From Anthoceros angustus (Eukaryota > Plantae > Anthocerotophyta), in NCBI GenBank assembly GCA_010909165.1, contig MU008159.1, positions 2,046,001-2,110,000 on the forward strand: a stretch of DNA of 64,000 nucleotides, given 5' to 3'. Positions 1-13,139 of this stretch are shown here, piece after piece. Within the stretch, counting starts at the first letter, position 1, and each line of letters begins with the position of its first letter. A program made the translations under genes and the position numbers. Under the pieces are notes generated by a model, which worked only from the letters and a program-made list of their open reading frames with translations, was not told the origin of the DNA and searched no databases.

Positions 1-55
1 ATGTCTATCTCTGTCTCTGTTTGTTCGTCCTACTCGAGGTTTATCACACTAAGTC

Positions 56-540
56 TGTCTCTGTCTGAGTTTATCTTATTTGAAATGTCCGCATGCACGT
101 TGAGTTTGTCTTACACGAGGTGTTGTCCGAATTGGTCCCGGTGGTGGCTTGTCTTTTGTCTGAATTTCTCTTATTTGAAGTGTCCGCTTGCACGCTGAGT
201 TTGTCTTACTCAAGTTGTTGTCCGACTTAATCCCGGTGGTGGCTTGTCTTTTGTCAGAGTTTATCTTTTTTGAAGTGTCCGCGTGTACGCTGAGTTTCTT
301 ACTCGAGGTGTTGTCTTACTCGAGGTGTTATCTGACTTGGTCCTGGCGGTGGCTTGTCTTTTGTTGGAGTTGATCTTCCTTGAAGTGTCCGCGTGTACGC
401 TGAGTTTGTCTTACTCAAGGGGTTGTCTGACTTGTCCTGATCGCTCGTCTTTGTCAGAGTTTATCTTATTTGAAGTGTCCGTGTGCACGCTGAGTTTATC
501 GTACTCGAGGTGTGGTCTGATCTTCTCCCCGTGGTGGATA
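56..540. repeat. ~95-bp tandem repeat, about 5 degenerate copies
   Basis: Unit TGTCTGAGTTTATCTTATTTGAAGTGTCCGC...GGTGGCTTGTC recurs at 62, 157, 252, ~362 and ~452. The unit is not a multiple of 3, so the overlapping ORFs are treated as spurious. Confidence 0.9.
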
Positions 541-871
541 CTCTTATCCAATGACCTTGTGGTCGTGGTTTAGCTCTAGTGCCGTGGAATGGTATCATGT
601 CCGTTTCTTGCGCACACATTGGTGGAGTCCATGTTCTTGTGTGTGAATAATCATCCCTAGTAGATATGCGTACCATACTTGTGAATATAGCATCTATGTA
701 CAGCTTCGAGGTGTATCTTCAAAGTTTTTCTTTGCCTATCATATATTTTCACCAATAAAGCAAGTCCTTGATTTGATTTGAGCCATATATACGTATATTG
801 CAACAAACCAATGATCAAAGAACCATGCCAGAATTAGGTTAAAGTTATGGTAAGCAGTCATTAGGGATATA

Positions 872-1413
872 CAGTCGGCCCCCCCTAATTGGGAATTCTA
901 TAAATGGGATTCCTCTCTAAATGGGACCTCCCATCCTACTCCCTTTAGTTTATAATGTAACAAATGGGACTTTTCCCTAAATGATAATTGGGACCTTTTG
1001 AAGCATACATTCATGTTAGTTTCACCTCCCTAAATGGGATTTCTCATTTTTTTACTAAAAAAATCTAAAAAAAAAAGAAAAAAGAATCCATTATTTCAGA
1101 GCTTTATAGACTTTTAGGTGTGATTGAAGACTCTTAAGTTAAGCTTTTTCCTTTATGATAGGTAGAGGTTTTTTGATGGTGCTTAGAGAGAGTGCTAGCT
1201 TTCAAACAACTATATAAAGAACTGGTAAAAATTATTTTTAGTGAAACCTATCAATCAAAATTTAAATTTTCTTTTTTTGGGTATTTTTCGATTTGGTTTA
1301 AAGTTTATAACATTTTTATTATTTTTAAATAGGGAAAATACAATCGGGACACCTCCCTTAATGGGACCTCTAAAGGCACTCCGAACCAGTCCCAATTAGG
1401 GGGGGGTGGACTG
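872..1413. mobile_element. MITE, Tc1/mariner-type non-autonomous element (542 bp)
   Basis: Terminal inverted repeats CAGTCGGCCCCCCCTAATTGGGA and TCCCAATTAGGGGGGGGTGGACTG, flanked by TA on both sides (870-871, 1414-1415). AT-rich non-coding interior. Confidence 0.85.
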
Positions 1414-2180
1414 TATTCCCAAGGTGATAATTGCGAAACCGGCGGCAGTTTGAGCAGGCTTGCATCCCTGCGTCTCAAAAATGCTTCACGCGTGTGCAAG
1501 TCCTGTTATACGCACTCGACATACTGTATGTACGTGTGTAAAGTAGCATACATTACCGTATCTGTTACATTTGGCCATGGGATTCTCCCCGTCTGACCGA
1601 GCGCCGGGTGTAAAGTCACGCCACACGGGTCCATCTTCCATGGATGGTCCATCAGCGGGAGACGGAGGTTCTCGCGGGAGTGTGGGGTTCGGGGAGCGCG
1701 GGGAGAGTGGGGGATCGGCGAGTGGGTGGGCGAGTAGGTCGGAAGCGGGAGAGTGGGGATTTGGGAGCGAGCGAGCGGGCGGGCGGGCGGCTTGGCCTTC
1801 GACCTTCCACCATTTCTTCCTGTCCACTTTTTCTCCTTTGAATTCGAGAACGTACCATGATTCCTTGCCGATTCCTGCTGGACCGAGTGCGCCGCACCGG
1901 CCACTGCCACTGCAAAACCCTATCGAGCAGCCCAGGCGGGCGCAATGAACCACCATGTGCAGTCAGTCAACATTAGGGTGATCCGTGCGTACAGCAAGAA
2001 TCAGGGAGGGTCAGGCGTGATGCGGCCGGCTCACAAACTGAGAGCCCAGGGATCGGTCGGCTTCCAAATTGCCAGCTCTAGACTGTACGTCAGTACCTGG
2101 TGGCCTCCCTCGCCCTCCCCCTCCCCTCCTCCCCTCTTTCTCACTCCTTTCCTCGCATTCGCTCGCTGCCATATAGGCGC

Positions 2181-3380
2181 ATGCTGGTAGCGGGCGCAGC
2201 CTCAGCGACGCAGAGTGGGCTGGAGCTTCCCACGGCCAGTCGACCGCCAACTTGGTGACCCTGGGAAGGAGGCGTCTGGGGAGCGTCCTCAGAATTTGGA
2301 GGCGACGCTGAGCCAGCCCGAGGTGCACATGGCGGCAAGAGGTCCGGCGCGCGGACGCCCGAGCAGGCCCAGCGGCGGTCGGAACCCGCAGGCACTTAAG
2401 GTAAAGCGTGCGCAAGAGGTGAATCCGCACTTTAAATGGAGCGTTCTTATCAAGCTGCGTGTGAAGCTCGAGGATCTGTGGAGGATCCCGGTTGCGAGGC
2501 ATCCTTAACCACCCCGTTTGCATTTGCAGGAGGAGATCGAAGCAAAGAAGATCGATGACTCGAACGTCAAAGAGGGTGTGCCCAATGCGATCCGCGAGCG
2601 GTCGGAACCAACGACGGTGGTGAAGACTCCATCTGGTCATGAACTCCCAACGCCTCGCCATAGGCCGGAGCTGGCGAGATACCATGAACTGGGATGGCTG
2701 CAGCTGGGACCTCCATCGCTTTCACAGGGAGGGTCCAAGAAGAAAAACAAAAAGAAGAACAAGAAGAAAAACAAGAAGAAGAATCACAAGATGCAAGACC
2801 TACCGCCCTTCTGCTTCACGCAAATGCTCCACCTGTACACCCTGAGGTTCATCAGCTCACATGTGTCGCCCTCGGCGTCGGGATCCGGATTCGACAATGC
2901 ATTGGCCGATTTCGCGAACGCAGCGCTTCTGCAGCATCGACTTTGGCCGAATCCACACGGTTTCGTGGGGTTGAGGATGACGATAGTAGGTGAGACCCCG
3001 AGGGATTCATGAGGAAGGATCGGAGTCTAATTGAAAGCTCTTCAATATTCTAGCAAACGGTTGGCATGACCAGCTGATCATATTCGTGTGTGGCTCTCGT
3101 AGAACCTGATCCGTATTCCATGCGGCGTGAAGCGAATCTGAGCCAGGCCACTATCGTGGAAGAGGCTGATTCTACTGACCCCGCAGACTCAGAAGTGGGG
3201 GGGCACAGCCCTGACGCTGATGCATATGGTACGGGTAAGGCATCTTTTGAAACCATTAATGTTCTGCTTTATCTTACAATGGGGGCTGCTTACAGATGTG
3301 CGTGATTTTCAGGCACAAGCGCTTCAGCTGATGGTAGCATCTGAGAGCTCTCTCGAGTCCCATGAGAGGTAACATCTGAA
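2181..3380 (+). pseudogene. Truncated, frameshifted paralog of the orphan gene at 6828-9661
   Basis: Peptide matches to the downstream gene (KVKRAQEV/KVKAAQEV, EGVPNA, VVKTP, ALLQH..PHGF). Splice sites are conserved (AG|GTGAGA at ~2990, CTCGTAG| at ~3101). The region equivalent to ~6720-7910 is missing, and there is an in-frame TAA at 2506-2508. Confidence 0.75.
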
Positions 3381-4407
3381 TTCCATTCATATATGCATGT
3401 GATAACAATATCTCTACCAAGAAGCATGGAAATTGATCAAAGCTTATTGCTCGACTTGGACTTGCTCTCACACGTTGTACTGTTTTCTACATTTGTCGAC
3501 AGATCGGGCCGTCATGGAGGCAAGAGAGAGCTGCATGTCTTGCGAAGCTCCTTATAACAGCGATACGTGGAGGCATACATAAAGGTGCAATCCGGTCAAA
3601 TGTTACAAAGCGTTGAGATCGGGGAAATATAGACGATAGATGCAAGCGTGCAGGGCACACCTGCGGGACATCTTAAGACAATATGTAGTTACTAGCCGTC
3701 GTAGGACCCGTGGCCTTGAGAAACTCGTCCAAACTCTGCTCGATGCAAACGCTATGCTGAAGTCGATATTCACACTAAGTTTTTTTATATTTAATTTGGA
3801 TTGATAATACTTTATAAATATTTTCTGAAGTGCTGAGAAAAAAGGGCCACTAAGAGCGTTTGAGCGTGGAGGATTGCTGATCAATCAACATGACAGGAGT
3901 CAGTTCCAACCACCGTAGAGCAGGTTCGGCTCGGAGACCAGGCTCGCAACAAATCAAGCAGATAACTTCAAGCATGGAACAAGTAGTTGGACCAAGTGAT
4001 CAACGTAATTGATCAAATGATCAAATGATCAAGTGATCACAAGGAAGTTTTCTAAACCCAGATTCCCAAATAACAGATTCTGTTGAAGCCACACTAAAGC
4101 CATTTATTATCTGCAAGATGACCCAGGACCCTGTCCACACGTCCACACTGGTTACCAATGGGGCGAGCCGGGAGGACGACATGTCCGTGACTGTCCAAGG
4201 AGAAAGTAACGGGAAACGAGAAACGGGATATTTTAAGGACCGTTGAAACAAACCGAGGGGCCCAGGCCGGGTGTCGCGGTCGCAGCAGTCGCTACCGCGA
4301 CACCGCTGCCGTTGTCTTGTGCCTGCCACGCCTGGTGGGGCCTCGCTGCCTACCGCCACCGGAATAAAGTCCCACACGATACCGCGCCACCTCCAAAAGT
4401 ACTGTCC

Positions 4408-4555
4408 CGGTACCCACTGGGCACCGCGCTACCTCCACAGTCTCGGTACCCACTGGGCACCGCGCTACCTCCACTGTCTCGGTACGCTCACGGCACCCCG
4501 CTACCTCCACTGTCTCGGTACCCACTCGGCACCCCGCTACCTCCACAGTCTCGGT
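4408..4555. repeat. 36-bp minisatellite x4
   Basis: CGGTACCCACTGGGCACCGCGCTACCTCCACAGTCT repeated four times. Confidence 0.9.
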
Positions 4556-5329
4556 GCGAGCACCCCGTTATCTGCCTGGTAGGTACATACCACCTTGGAT
4601 GGTAGGTCAGCAGTGCGACCCACCCACCTAACTCGCCCAGTTGGCTTTCCAAACTTGAGACCGCCTTCGGCTCCATTTGGCTTGGGCATAACCGAATTTC
4701 ATACACTCAAGATATTAATTAGTTGTTGTTAAGAGAATATTCAATTAATTTAACTTATCACTCATATACAATTATTAATATTTTAAATGAAATAATATAT
4801 TAGAATATTATAGATATATATGTGATAGAACAAACAATTTGATGGAAAATGATGTTCTATAAATCCGTATACAATGTCCATAGGGGATTATTATAAGGTT
4901 AAAATAAAATAGAAATCATCATTCAATTTACTATATCTATCAAAAGGTTTGTTTCAATTTTAGTTGTGTGTAGTTGATAGACGGTTTAGTTCAAGAGAAT
5001 TGAATAGCTTTTCATACGGAGCTCTAGTTCATGTTCGTATTTCAATTCATGTTGTTCGACCCAACTGCCAGTGCGAAGACGTCCTTAGGCTAGCTAGAAT
5101 GATGCCATAGGCATCAACCACAAGACAAAACATGAGATAGCATAATTAAAGAGAACAAAATCAGAGCAGGTCATTGAGCAACAGTACAGTATGTGTAGGC
5201 AAGACTCACATATAGCAAATTTGATGCAACTGGGTCCCTCTTGTTATGTAGGTGGAGAATCATCAGAGGAACCTTATCCACGTATTTCAGATTGAAATTG
5301 TTATACTCACGGAGTTTGTCCTCAAGGGA

Positions 5330-5870
5330 CTTTGTGCGTGGTGTTTGTCCGACTTTGTCCGTGGTGTTTGTTCGACCTTGTCCGTGGTGTTTGTCCGACT
5401 TTGTCCGTGGTGTTTGTTCGACCTTGTCTGTGGTGTTTGTCCAACTTTGTCCGTGGTGTTTGTTCGTGGTGTTTGGCCGACTTTGTCCGTGGTGTTTGTC
5501 CGACTTTGTACGAGGTGTTTGTCCGACTTTGTCCGAGGTGTTTGTCCGACTTTGTCCGAGGTTTTTGTCCAACTTTGTCCATGTTGTTTGTCTGACTTTG
5601 TGTATGGTTAGTTTGTTTGACTTTGTCCCAATGTCTCGGTCACCGTAGATAGGGATGTCGTTAGTTTGTTTGACTTTGTTCCAATGTCTCGGTCACCGTA
5701 GATAGGGATGTCGTAACTCCAATCCGATTCATCCGTGGTGTTTGTCCGACTTTGTCGATAGTATTTGTCTGACTTTGTCCATGGTGTTTGATATATGACT
5801 TTGTCCTACTCTAGCGAAATGTGGTTAGTTTGTCCGACTTTGTCGTGATGTTTGACGCCGGAACTTTGTC
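5330..5870. repeat. 23-bp minisatellite (GTGTTTGTCCGACTTTGTCCGTG) with an embedded ~53-bp duplication
   Basis: About 11 copies at 5330-5600 and degenerate copies at 5735-5870. TAGTTTGTTTGACTTTGT(C/T)CCAATGTCTCGGTCACCGTAGATAGGGATGTCGT occurs twice at ~5609-5715. Confidence 0.9.
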
Positions 5871-6827
5871 CTACTCGGTGGTATATGATAGCTCGAAGTG
5901 CCATAGAATCATGTCCTATATACATATGTACACTTATCCTTGAGAATCTTGTTTTAAGTTTGATGAGTTGGAGAATCCCACTCTTTGTCCTTGGATACAC
6001 ATGTGTCCAGAAACATGCATTTGTGAGAAAAAAAGTATCCAAGTTGGACGTGCCGGCTGCCATATTGAAAGTGTGTTCTCGATAACAGCAGCTTACATAC
6101 ATGTATACCGTGTTCCGGTGTACGAATTAGGTTAAGGTAGGACAAACAGTGAATAGGGTTATGTTTATGTATGTCCCAAGCCCAAGGTGATAATTTCGGA
6201 CTGGGGGCCTCACGGCGGTTTGAGCAGCCCAGGCGGGCGCCATGAAGGGCCATGTGCAGTCAACATTGGGGCGATTCGTGTGTACTGCATAATCAGGGAG
6301 GGGCAGGAGGCCAGCCAGGGCCTGCCAGACGGCCGGGCCTGAATACTGTATGTGTACAAGACGTCCAGGGAAGCGAAGAATTAATACGCAGAGTGAGAGT
6401 CTGTGGTGGAGCGGAGCAGAGCGGAGCGGGGGCCGGGGCCGGGGCCGGAGCGTCTTGTAACATTAGCAAGGGCCTCCCAAGGCTTGTACCCAATTACCCA
6501 CGTGAGAGCGCCGTAGCATGAGTAATGACCCACTGGCGTGATGCACCCAGCTCACAAATTCTCAGCCCAGGCATCGCCCACCTTCCCCATTGCCAGCTCT
6601 AGACTGTACGTGATGGTTTTTGTCAGGGGGCCACAGACCCTTATGTACCTCGTCGCCTCCCTCTCTTTGCCTCCCACCCTCACTCGCTTCCTCGCATTCG
6701 CTCGCCCTCACTGCCTCCTCTCCGCTCTTGCCGAGCTCGCGCCTTCTGCCGGAAATTGAGCACAGCTTCGCAACCACCAGCTTGGGACTGCGTTCTTGGC
6801 GGTGTGACTCAGGCCACAGCAACAGTC

Positions 6828-9661
6828 ATGGACACGGACTACGTGGAGTCTCTGGACGACATCTTCAGCGGCGTTTTGAGCGAGAATTGGGCGCTGCCGC
6901 CACCACTCGAGGGGCCCCATGATTTTACTGTCGCTGCTGACCATGGGCTGGAGGCTCAGCTGCCTGAGCGTGAGGGCGAGGTCGAGATGGGTGAGCCTCA
7001 GGGTGAGCCTCTGAGTCAGCCTCAGCCTCAGCCTGCGTCTGAGTGTATGGTTGACGACATCTGGACAGCGGCTATGGCCGCGGTCGATGCGGCTCTGAGT
7101 AAGATCCCGGCTGAGGCTATCGGTGCAGGTGCGGGTGCGGGTGCGGATGCAGGTCCGGGTGCGCATGCGGCGGCGCCCCTTGTCCCTCTCGTTGAGGATC
7201 CCGCTGGCCACGGGGTGAACTGGAGCACGATGTTAGGTTATGGCGAAGGAGACACCTTGAATCAGGAGCTTGGAGTGGGAGACTGGACCGTGCCGGAAAT
7301 CTGCTACCAACCTGGAGATCTGGATCACTTTGAATTGTCGTGGAAGCTGTGGAACATGTCCAGCCCACCGAGTTCCTCTGCCGAGCCCACCGAGTCTGCC
7401 ACAGTGACTGCTGCGCAACGTTCATCGGAGGACGCATCCCGTACGTGTGGTCTCCTTCACTTTCTCCATCGAGTTGGGTACGACGAGGATGGTCTGGAGG
7501 TGGAGGGCGGCCACCGTGCTGGAGCAGGACCGGCAGACGCAGCACCGGCGCCAGCAGAAGCAACACCAGCAGAATCAGCACCAGTAGTTCCCGCTCCGGT
7601 TCCGCCCCCGGACGGCCACGGGTCGCTGCTTCCATTGCCGCTGCGCTCGCGCAGCAGCGTCATCCATCAGCAGCAACAGCCGGGTACCAACATCCCCCGG
7701 AGTCTGTCGGCCCGCGAGCGTCGTCTGGCTGATGCGGAATTCGAGCGGGCTCTTTCCATGGGGCTCTTTGCACCACCTCGGCGCTGGACTGATGAGGAGC
7801 GCGTGATCCGGCCTCCAGAGCTGGTCGACACCCGGCGCTGCTTGGACCTGCAGCCTGGTGAGAGGGAGACGTTGAGGAGGAGCGCGGGGGACGGGATCAC
7901 CGGATCCGCAGCGGGCGCAGCCTCAACGACGCAGGGTCGTGGGAGGGAGGCATCGATTGCCGAGTCTCCAGAGTGTGACGTTCCGAATTTGGAGGAGGTG
8001 CTGACCCACCCCGAGCCCCATACCGCGTCAAGAGGTCCGACACTGAGGCCGCGCCCGAAAAGGCCTAGCCGCGCCGCCAGGCCACGAGCAGCCAAGGTCA
8101 AGGCTGCGCAAGAGGTGTCGAATCAGGCGATTAAAGGGACCGGTCCCGTTAAGCAGGTGAAGCTCAAGCTCAAGCTCAAGGTGAAGGAGGCCGTGGGGGA
8201 TACGGATGGAGATCAGGCAACCTTAACCCCGCGTTTGCAGATGGATCAAGAGAACAACATCGATGTGAAGGCTGACGAGGGTGTGCCGAATGCGGTACCG
8301 GTACCGGTACCTGTGGTGAAGACTCCATTTGGCCCTGCCAGGATTCTTCCAAGGCCTTACCCGAGGCCGGGACAGGCTCCAGCAGAGTCCCTGGAGGATC
8401 AACTGCGGCGGATGACAGCTCCATCTCGGCAACTGGGATGCTCCAAGAGGAAAACCAAGGAGCTCCAGGTTTGGAACCGCAACGTGGATGCCCAAAACCT
8501 CAGGGCAGATGCTGTGGAGAATTCGAATCCTGCAAAGAGAGCCAGGGCCAGCACGGTGGGATGTACGGTCACTGGCAGCCCCAACCAGGCTGCCACTGGC
8601 AGTGATAAGCAGGTCGAGAGTCAACGATCGGCACCGGTTTGCGTACAACTCCACCCTGGGTTACAGGCTCAGCTAGCTCGCCCTGCAAATGCGAATCCCC
8701 AGCCGGATCCACAGCAAAGAGAGCCTCAGGGTGGAAACTCACTCTGTCTGCCAGTCACATTCTTTGGGTGGAGTCCGGTGAACAGATCTGCAGGGGCAGG
8801 GTACAACATGCAGCCCCCGGCAGCTGCTGAAGGAGGAGCTTCTACGTTTCCCTCGGCGTATGGATCCGGAGTCGGGCCGGACCTGCATCATGCTGTGGGT
8901 TTCTTGAGTGGTAATGAATTTACCGTTGTTGAGTCCTCCCGTCCAGATTATGTCATTGCTTGCGACTCCGGCGCAGGATGGACTTACAATGCTGTTATGC
9001 CGCCTGGGCGGGCTTCCAGTGCTGCTGAGCCAATAATAAACAGCCATTCCCATGAAGAGTGCGTAGCAGGCTACAGTATTTCAGGGCCCCTGTTTCCCTT
9101 TGCCTTAATTGACCTGCAGCCAGCAGCGGGTTTGGATTTTCCTTTACCGGTGCTACCCAGTTCACCGGCCCAGGCCGAGACTCCGAACGCGCTTCTGCAG
9201 CATCCGCCGAGTCCACACGGCTTCACCGGGGGGAGTCTGACGGCAGAAGGTGAGATCTCCAGGGATGCATGAGGAAAGAGTTTGATTGAAAGCAAATTTT
9301 CAGTATCTTGGCAAACGTTGGGCATGCTGACTAATTCCTGTGTAGCTCTCGTAGAATCTGATCTGGACTCTACGGGACGTGGAGCAAATCTGAGCCTGGA
9401 TACTATCATGGAAGAGGCTAATTCTGCTGACCCCGCAGAGACAGAAGTGGCTGGACACAGCCCTGGCGCTGATGGTAAGGCATTATTTCCAAAACATTTG
9501 GGCTTCATCTTACAATGGGCTAGGCTGTGTACTTGTGGCTTGTGGCCTGTTGTTCAAACAAAGCTTACAATTGTGCGTGACTTTCAGGGACAAGCGCTTC
9601 AGCTGATGGCCGGAGGACATTTCGTTGCCCGACTATCTATTGGCCCCGATATGGGAAATAG
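6828..9661 (+). CDS. Orphan Pro/Ala/Ser-rich, probably disordered protein (~870 aa); exons 6828-9249, 9355-9474, 9588-9661
   Basis: 2.4-kb uninterrupted ORF with first ATG at 6828. GT-AG introns keep the frame (AEG|ESDL...GADG|TSAS...GK*) and the same splice sites are present in the paralog. No recognisable domain. Confidence 0.7.
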
Positions 9662-10789
9662 TGGGGAAACTCAAAAGTGAGCTCCAGCCCCGTTATAGGT
9701 AACATATGAAATCCAGTCATATATGCGTGCGAATGACATAAGGTCTACCAAGAAGCACGGGAATTGATCAACGCATGTTGCTATGCATGGGATGCTAATG
9801 CTCGACTTAACATGCTCTCACACCTTGTACGGTTTTGTGCATCTGCCCCCAGATCTGGCCAATCATGGAAATGTCACGTCATGTTGTTGTTGTACATAAG
9901 TGTTAGAGATACTCGACATAAAAATGAGTAAAGAATAGAGAGAGGACAGAGAGGGAGAGATATATTGGCACTTGGTCTAAGCCATGTGGATGACTGTGCT
10001 GAACTGGCATGGATGACTATGCTAAACTGGCATGGATATTTATACATGAGCCATACATTTGTATGGATCGATGTACATGACCTATAGAGAGAGTATGTGA
10101 TATGATATTTAATATATGTCATGTATCCATGATACATGTGAGGATTAGTAACATGCTCGCATACATAGGCATTTAGAATATATATTAAAACACCTCAAAA
10201 CCGTAAAGCGTACAAAGGGAAACTTAGGGATCTAAGGCCAAGGAAATAATATTTACTTTTCAAGGCCAAGGATTAAACTTACATTAGCTAGGCACACGCA
10301 AGGGTGCATTCTCGGCGAGGACAGGCATGTGCATCAGCAAAGATGGATCAAGCCAAAGGCTATGTATAAAGTACAATAGTCCAAGATAAGTGGATTGTTG
10401 ATGTTTGTCTAAGTAAAGAGGTAATCATTAGTTCGTAGTTATACATTGATCTCTCATCTCATCTTTGCAACTTGTGGAATCCCATTCATGTTCAGGTCAA
10501 AGCATCTATGTCACAGTTCGTGGACCTTAGGCTCCTTTCAAGATAGTTTGAAGATTAGAGGCTAGGAGTTAAAGTTACCGTGCCATGTGACACTAATCTC
10601 TGCACTTGGGTTTAGTGTTTGATTAGACAACAATACACAAATTCCTTACACATCGCTTTCAGAATCATAGCTTTGGCCTTTTCACAACACTCTTGCATTG
10701 CATATCTAGAGGACAAGCTATGATCTAAACTTGTCCTTTGTGAAAGAGTCTATATATACTAGCCCTTGGCATCCGCATATTCCTAAGAT

Positions 10790-12880
10790 ATCCTATTGGC
10801 ATCAGCATATGCCGGAAATATCCTAAGAATACATTATAATATGCAAGGAATATGCTAAAGCGTATTACTTGTGCTTATTCACTTAGGTATTGCTGACCAT
10901 GCTTAATTAACATAAGCGCTTTAGATCTCATGGGGAGAGTCTTCGGCAGCACCGTCTCATAGGTGAGAATAACATCCTGGATGATATGAATAGTTAAGTT
11001 GGCGTCGTTCCGAATATTCGGGAAGTTCACAAACACCCTGGTCTTCATAATGTTGTTGTATACCAAACAACCCACAACATGGACCCGAATAAGCCCATCT
11101 GCAAAATCCTTTGGAGGCGGGAAAATGTGGGAGCTCCGTCTTGCTTTGGTCCATCCCGTCTATCGCCATTCCAATGTATTTGCTCGGTTGGCCTTTACAC
11201 TTCAAACGGTGTTTTGCAAGTTTTAGTCGCTCCTGCTTGATCGCCGACCGATGTTCACGGAGGTGCTGCTCATGGACCTCTGTCACAGTAAAAATGGATC
11301 ACATGGTCAGAATTTTGACCTCGGTCTGCGCACGGCTGCATGGACCCGACCGGCGTGCAAGTGCGCGCACACGCCGTCTCGCGGAATAGCATTTATTGCG
11401 TGCGGCACAAGTGCGCGCACCCACTGGTGGCAGATAAATGCGCGCACTTTGCCAGACGCGCAGCTTTAGTGCATCCTCGGCTCGAGCGGCGGCGTGCCGA
11501 CTGGTTCTACCGCCTGCGGCGCGCGCGATTCGCGGTGGGCGAGCACAAGTTCGCGTCCAGGGGCAGTTGGAGTGCTCATGATTCCATGGAAGTCAAAAAG
11601 GAAACTCGGGATATGAAATACCTTGTTCTTGTTTGCTGGTCATCTCGATGGTCGCCTTCAACGCTTCGCATTGGACGATTTTGAAAACGGCTACACTTTG
11701 GTATCTTCACTTTTGGAAAATGTTTCTTCCATAAGGCATGTATGAGAATGAGAGACGTTAGTCAAACCAGCTCTTGAAACCTCCCGTTTGTAGTCCTGGA
11801 ATATCTCTCCTTTGGTATATGAATCTGGCAAGTTGAAAATCAAACATTGGGCATTCGCTCAGTTAGCTTGAAAACTTTTCCATCCAAGCAATGCATTCCG
11901 AACATGATCTTCGGGCCATGCTTGAACTTCAATTCGATGACCATGGTGTGTTCGTTAGTACTGCTTCAAATGTTCATACCTTCGCCATCCAATGCAGAAC
12001 ACTTTTCTGAAACTTCGTACACAACATTGCAACCTGCTGTCTCCCAGGAGAAAATTGAGAACATTGCGACTAGTAGAGTTTGCTTGTTCTACCTCGAGCA
12101 ATCCTTGCAAATATATTTCCTGCTGTTCTCGAGGCAATCCCAAGAAGCGATATCTCAGGCTCTCTATATTCTTCTTTCCCAATTGCAGCAAACAACCGTT
12201 GCTACAACAATGCGAAGACCATGCGTTATGTATTTCCTCAATGCTGCACAGCTTCATGGTCCTCTTCATTCTCGGCTTGGATAATGTCTACGCTTCACCG
12301 GGCAATGTTCACTCGACGTTTCTGTGAATGGCTCGGCCTGGATGCTACTGCCGTGGTGTTCTGTGCCCGCATCCTCGTTCCTGCATAATTCAGTACCATC
12401 ATTCCCGACCTCCTCCATGGAGCGATGAAGAAACAATTTCCGCTGTCGCGTTCCATCTTCAGCCTCGTTCCTAATCCCTGGAATTGGCGTGGTCTCCAGA
12501 ATCCTTGGCCTACATTCTCTCCCTTCTCCAACGGGAGTTGTATCGATTACAGAGACCTTCTGATGCCTTCCATGCTCTGGAGTGGTGTCCATGATTGTCA
12601 CCTTCTCCACCTTCCGCGACGACGCAGAATACGAAGGCGAGGCAGCTACCTGCAAAACATCCATGCGTGATACATTGTCAGCAGACCCTGTCCATCGCTG
12701 TCGCTTATGGCCTTCCAATCGCCCCTGGGACCTGCGACCGCAAGAGTAGGTTGGAGAAGCGCTATGCATTTCGCTAGCTCTTCAAACTTCGCAGCGAATG
12801 TCAAGCAACTCTGAGAGGAAGAAGAGCTTCGTATTCTGCAGTTTGTCCATCTTCGTTTGAACCTTAAAATATCCATAGAT
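10790..12880 (-). mobile_element. Decayed Sola-like (DUF7869-type) DDD transposase
   Basis: Fragments CCSNGCL..CCVRSFRKVFCIG, WKKHFPKVKIPKCSRF, KYIGMAIDGMDQSKTELPHF and VFVNFPNIRNDANLTIHII occur in the expected order across frameshifts, with a probable intron at 11621-11280. The C-terminus is truncated. Confidence 0.7.
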
Positions 12881-13139
12881 GATTATGGTGGCAGGTTTAA
12901 CTCGTTATAGTAGCCGCCAATGTTAATTACCGAACGTTCGGCTTGAAATAAGGGCTATAACGGAATCCTAGACTTAATTTTTCAACCCGCAGTTAGTTAA
13001 CCCACGGTTAGGCAAGCCAGGGGTTAACTTCGCGGCGCGCACAAGATTGTGCCCTGGAAACAAACAAAGTTGGGTACAAGTGAGCCGGCAGCGCGCGTTT
13101 TCATGTCCGAGAGGAATACGGATTGCAGGAGCAAAAGGA

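Noticed and set aside
1-573. ORFs over the 95-bp repeat, and likewise ORFs over 5171-5648, 19825-20851, 30752-31975 and 53022-54173
   Set aside because: They are products of stop-poor tandem repeats, with frame-cycling peptides open on several frames and strands at once.
4213-4228. 16-bp identity GAAACGAGAAACGGGA with 57405-57420
   Set aside because: About one such 16-mer match is expected by chance in a 64-kb self-comparison.
4408-5870. Short repeats as a possible CRISPR array
   Set aside because: Units are contiguous with no unique spacers, there are no cas genes, and the context is eukaryotic.
10140-10780. Possible solo LTR
   Set aside because: No convincing TG...CA ends with a target-site duplication, and no second copy in the window.
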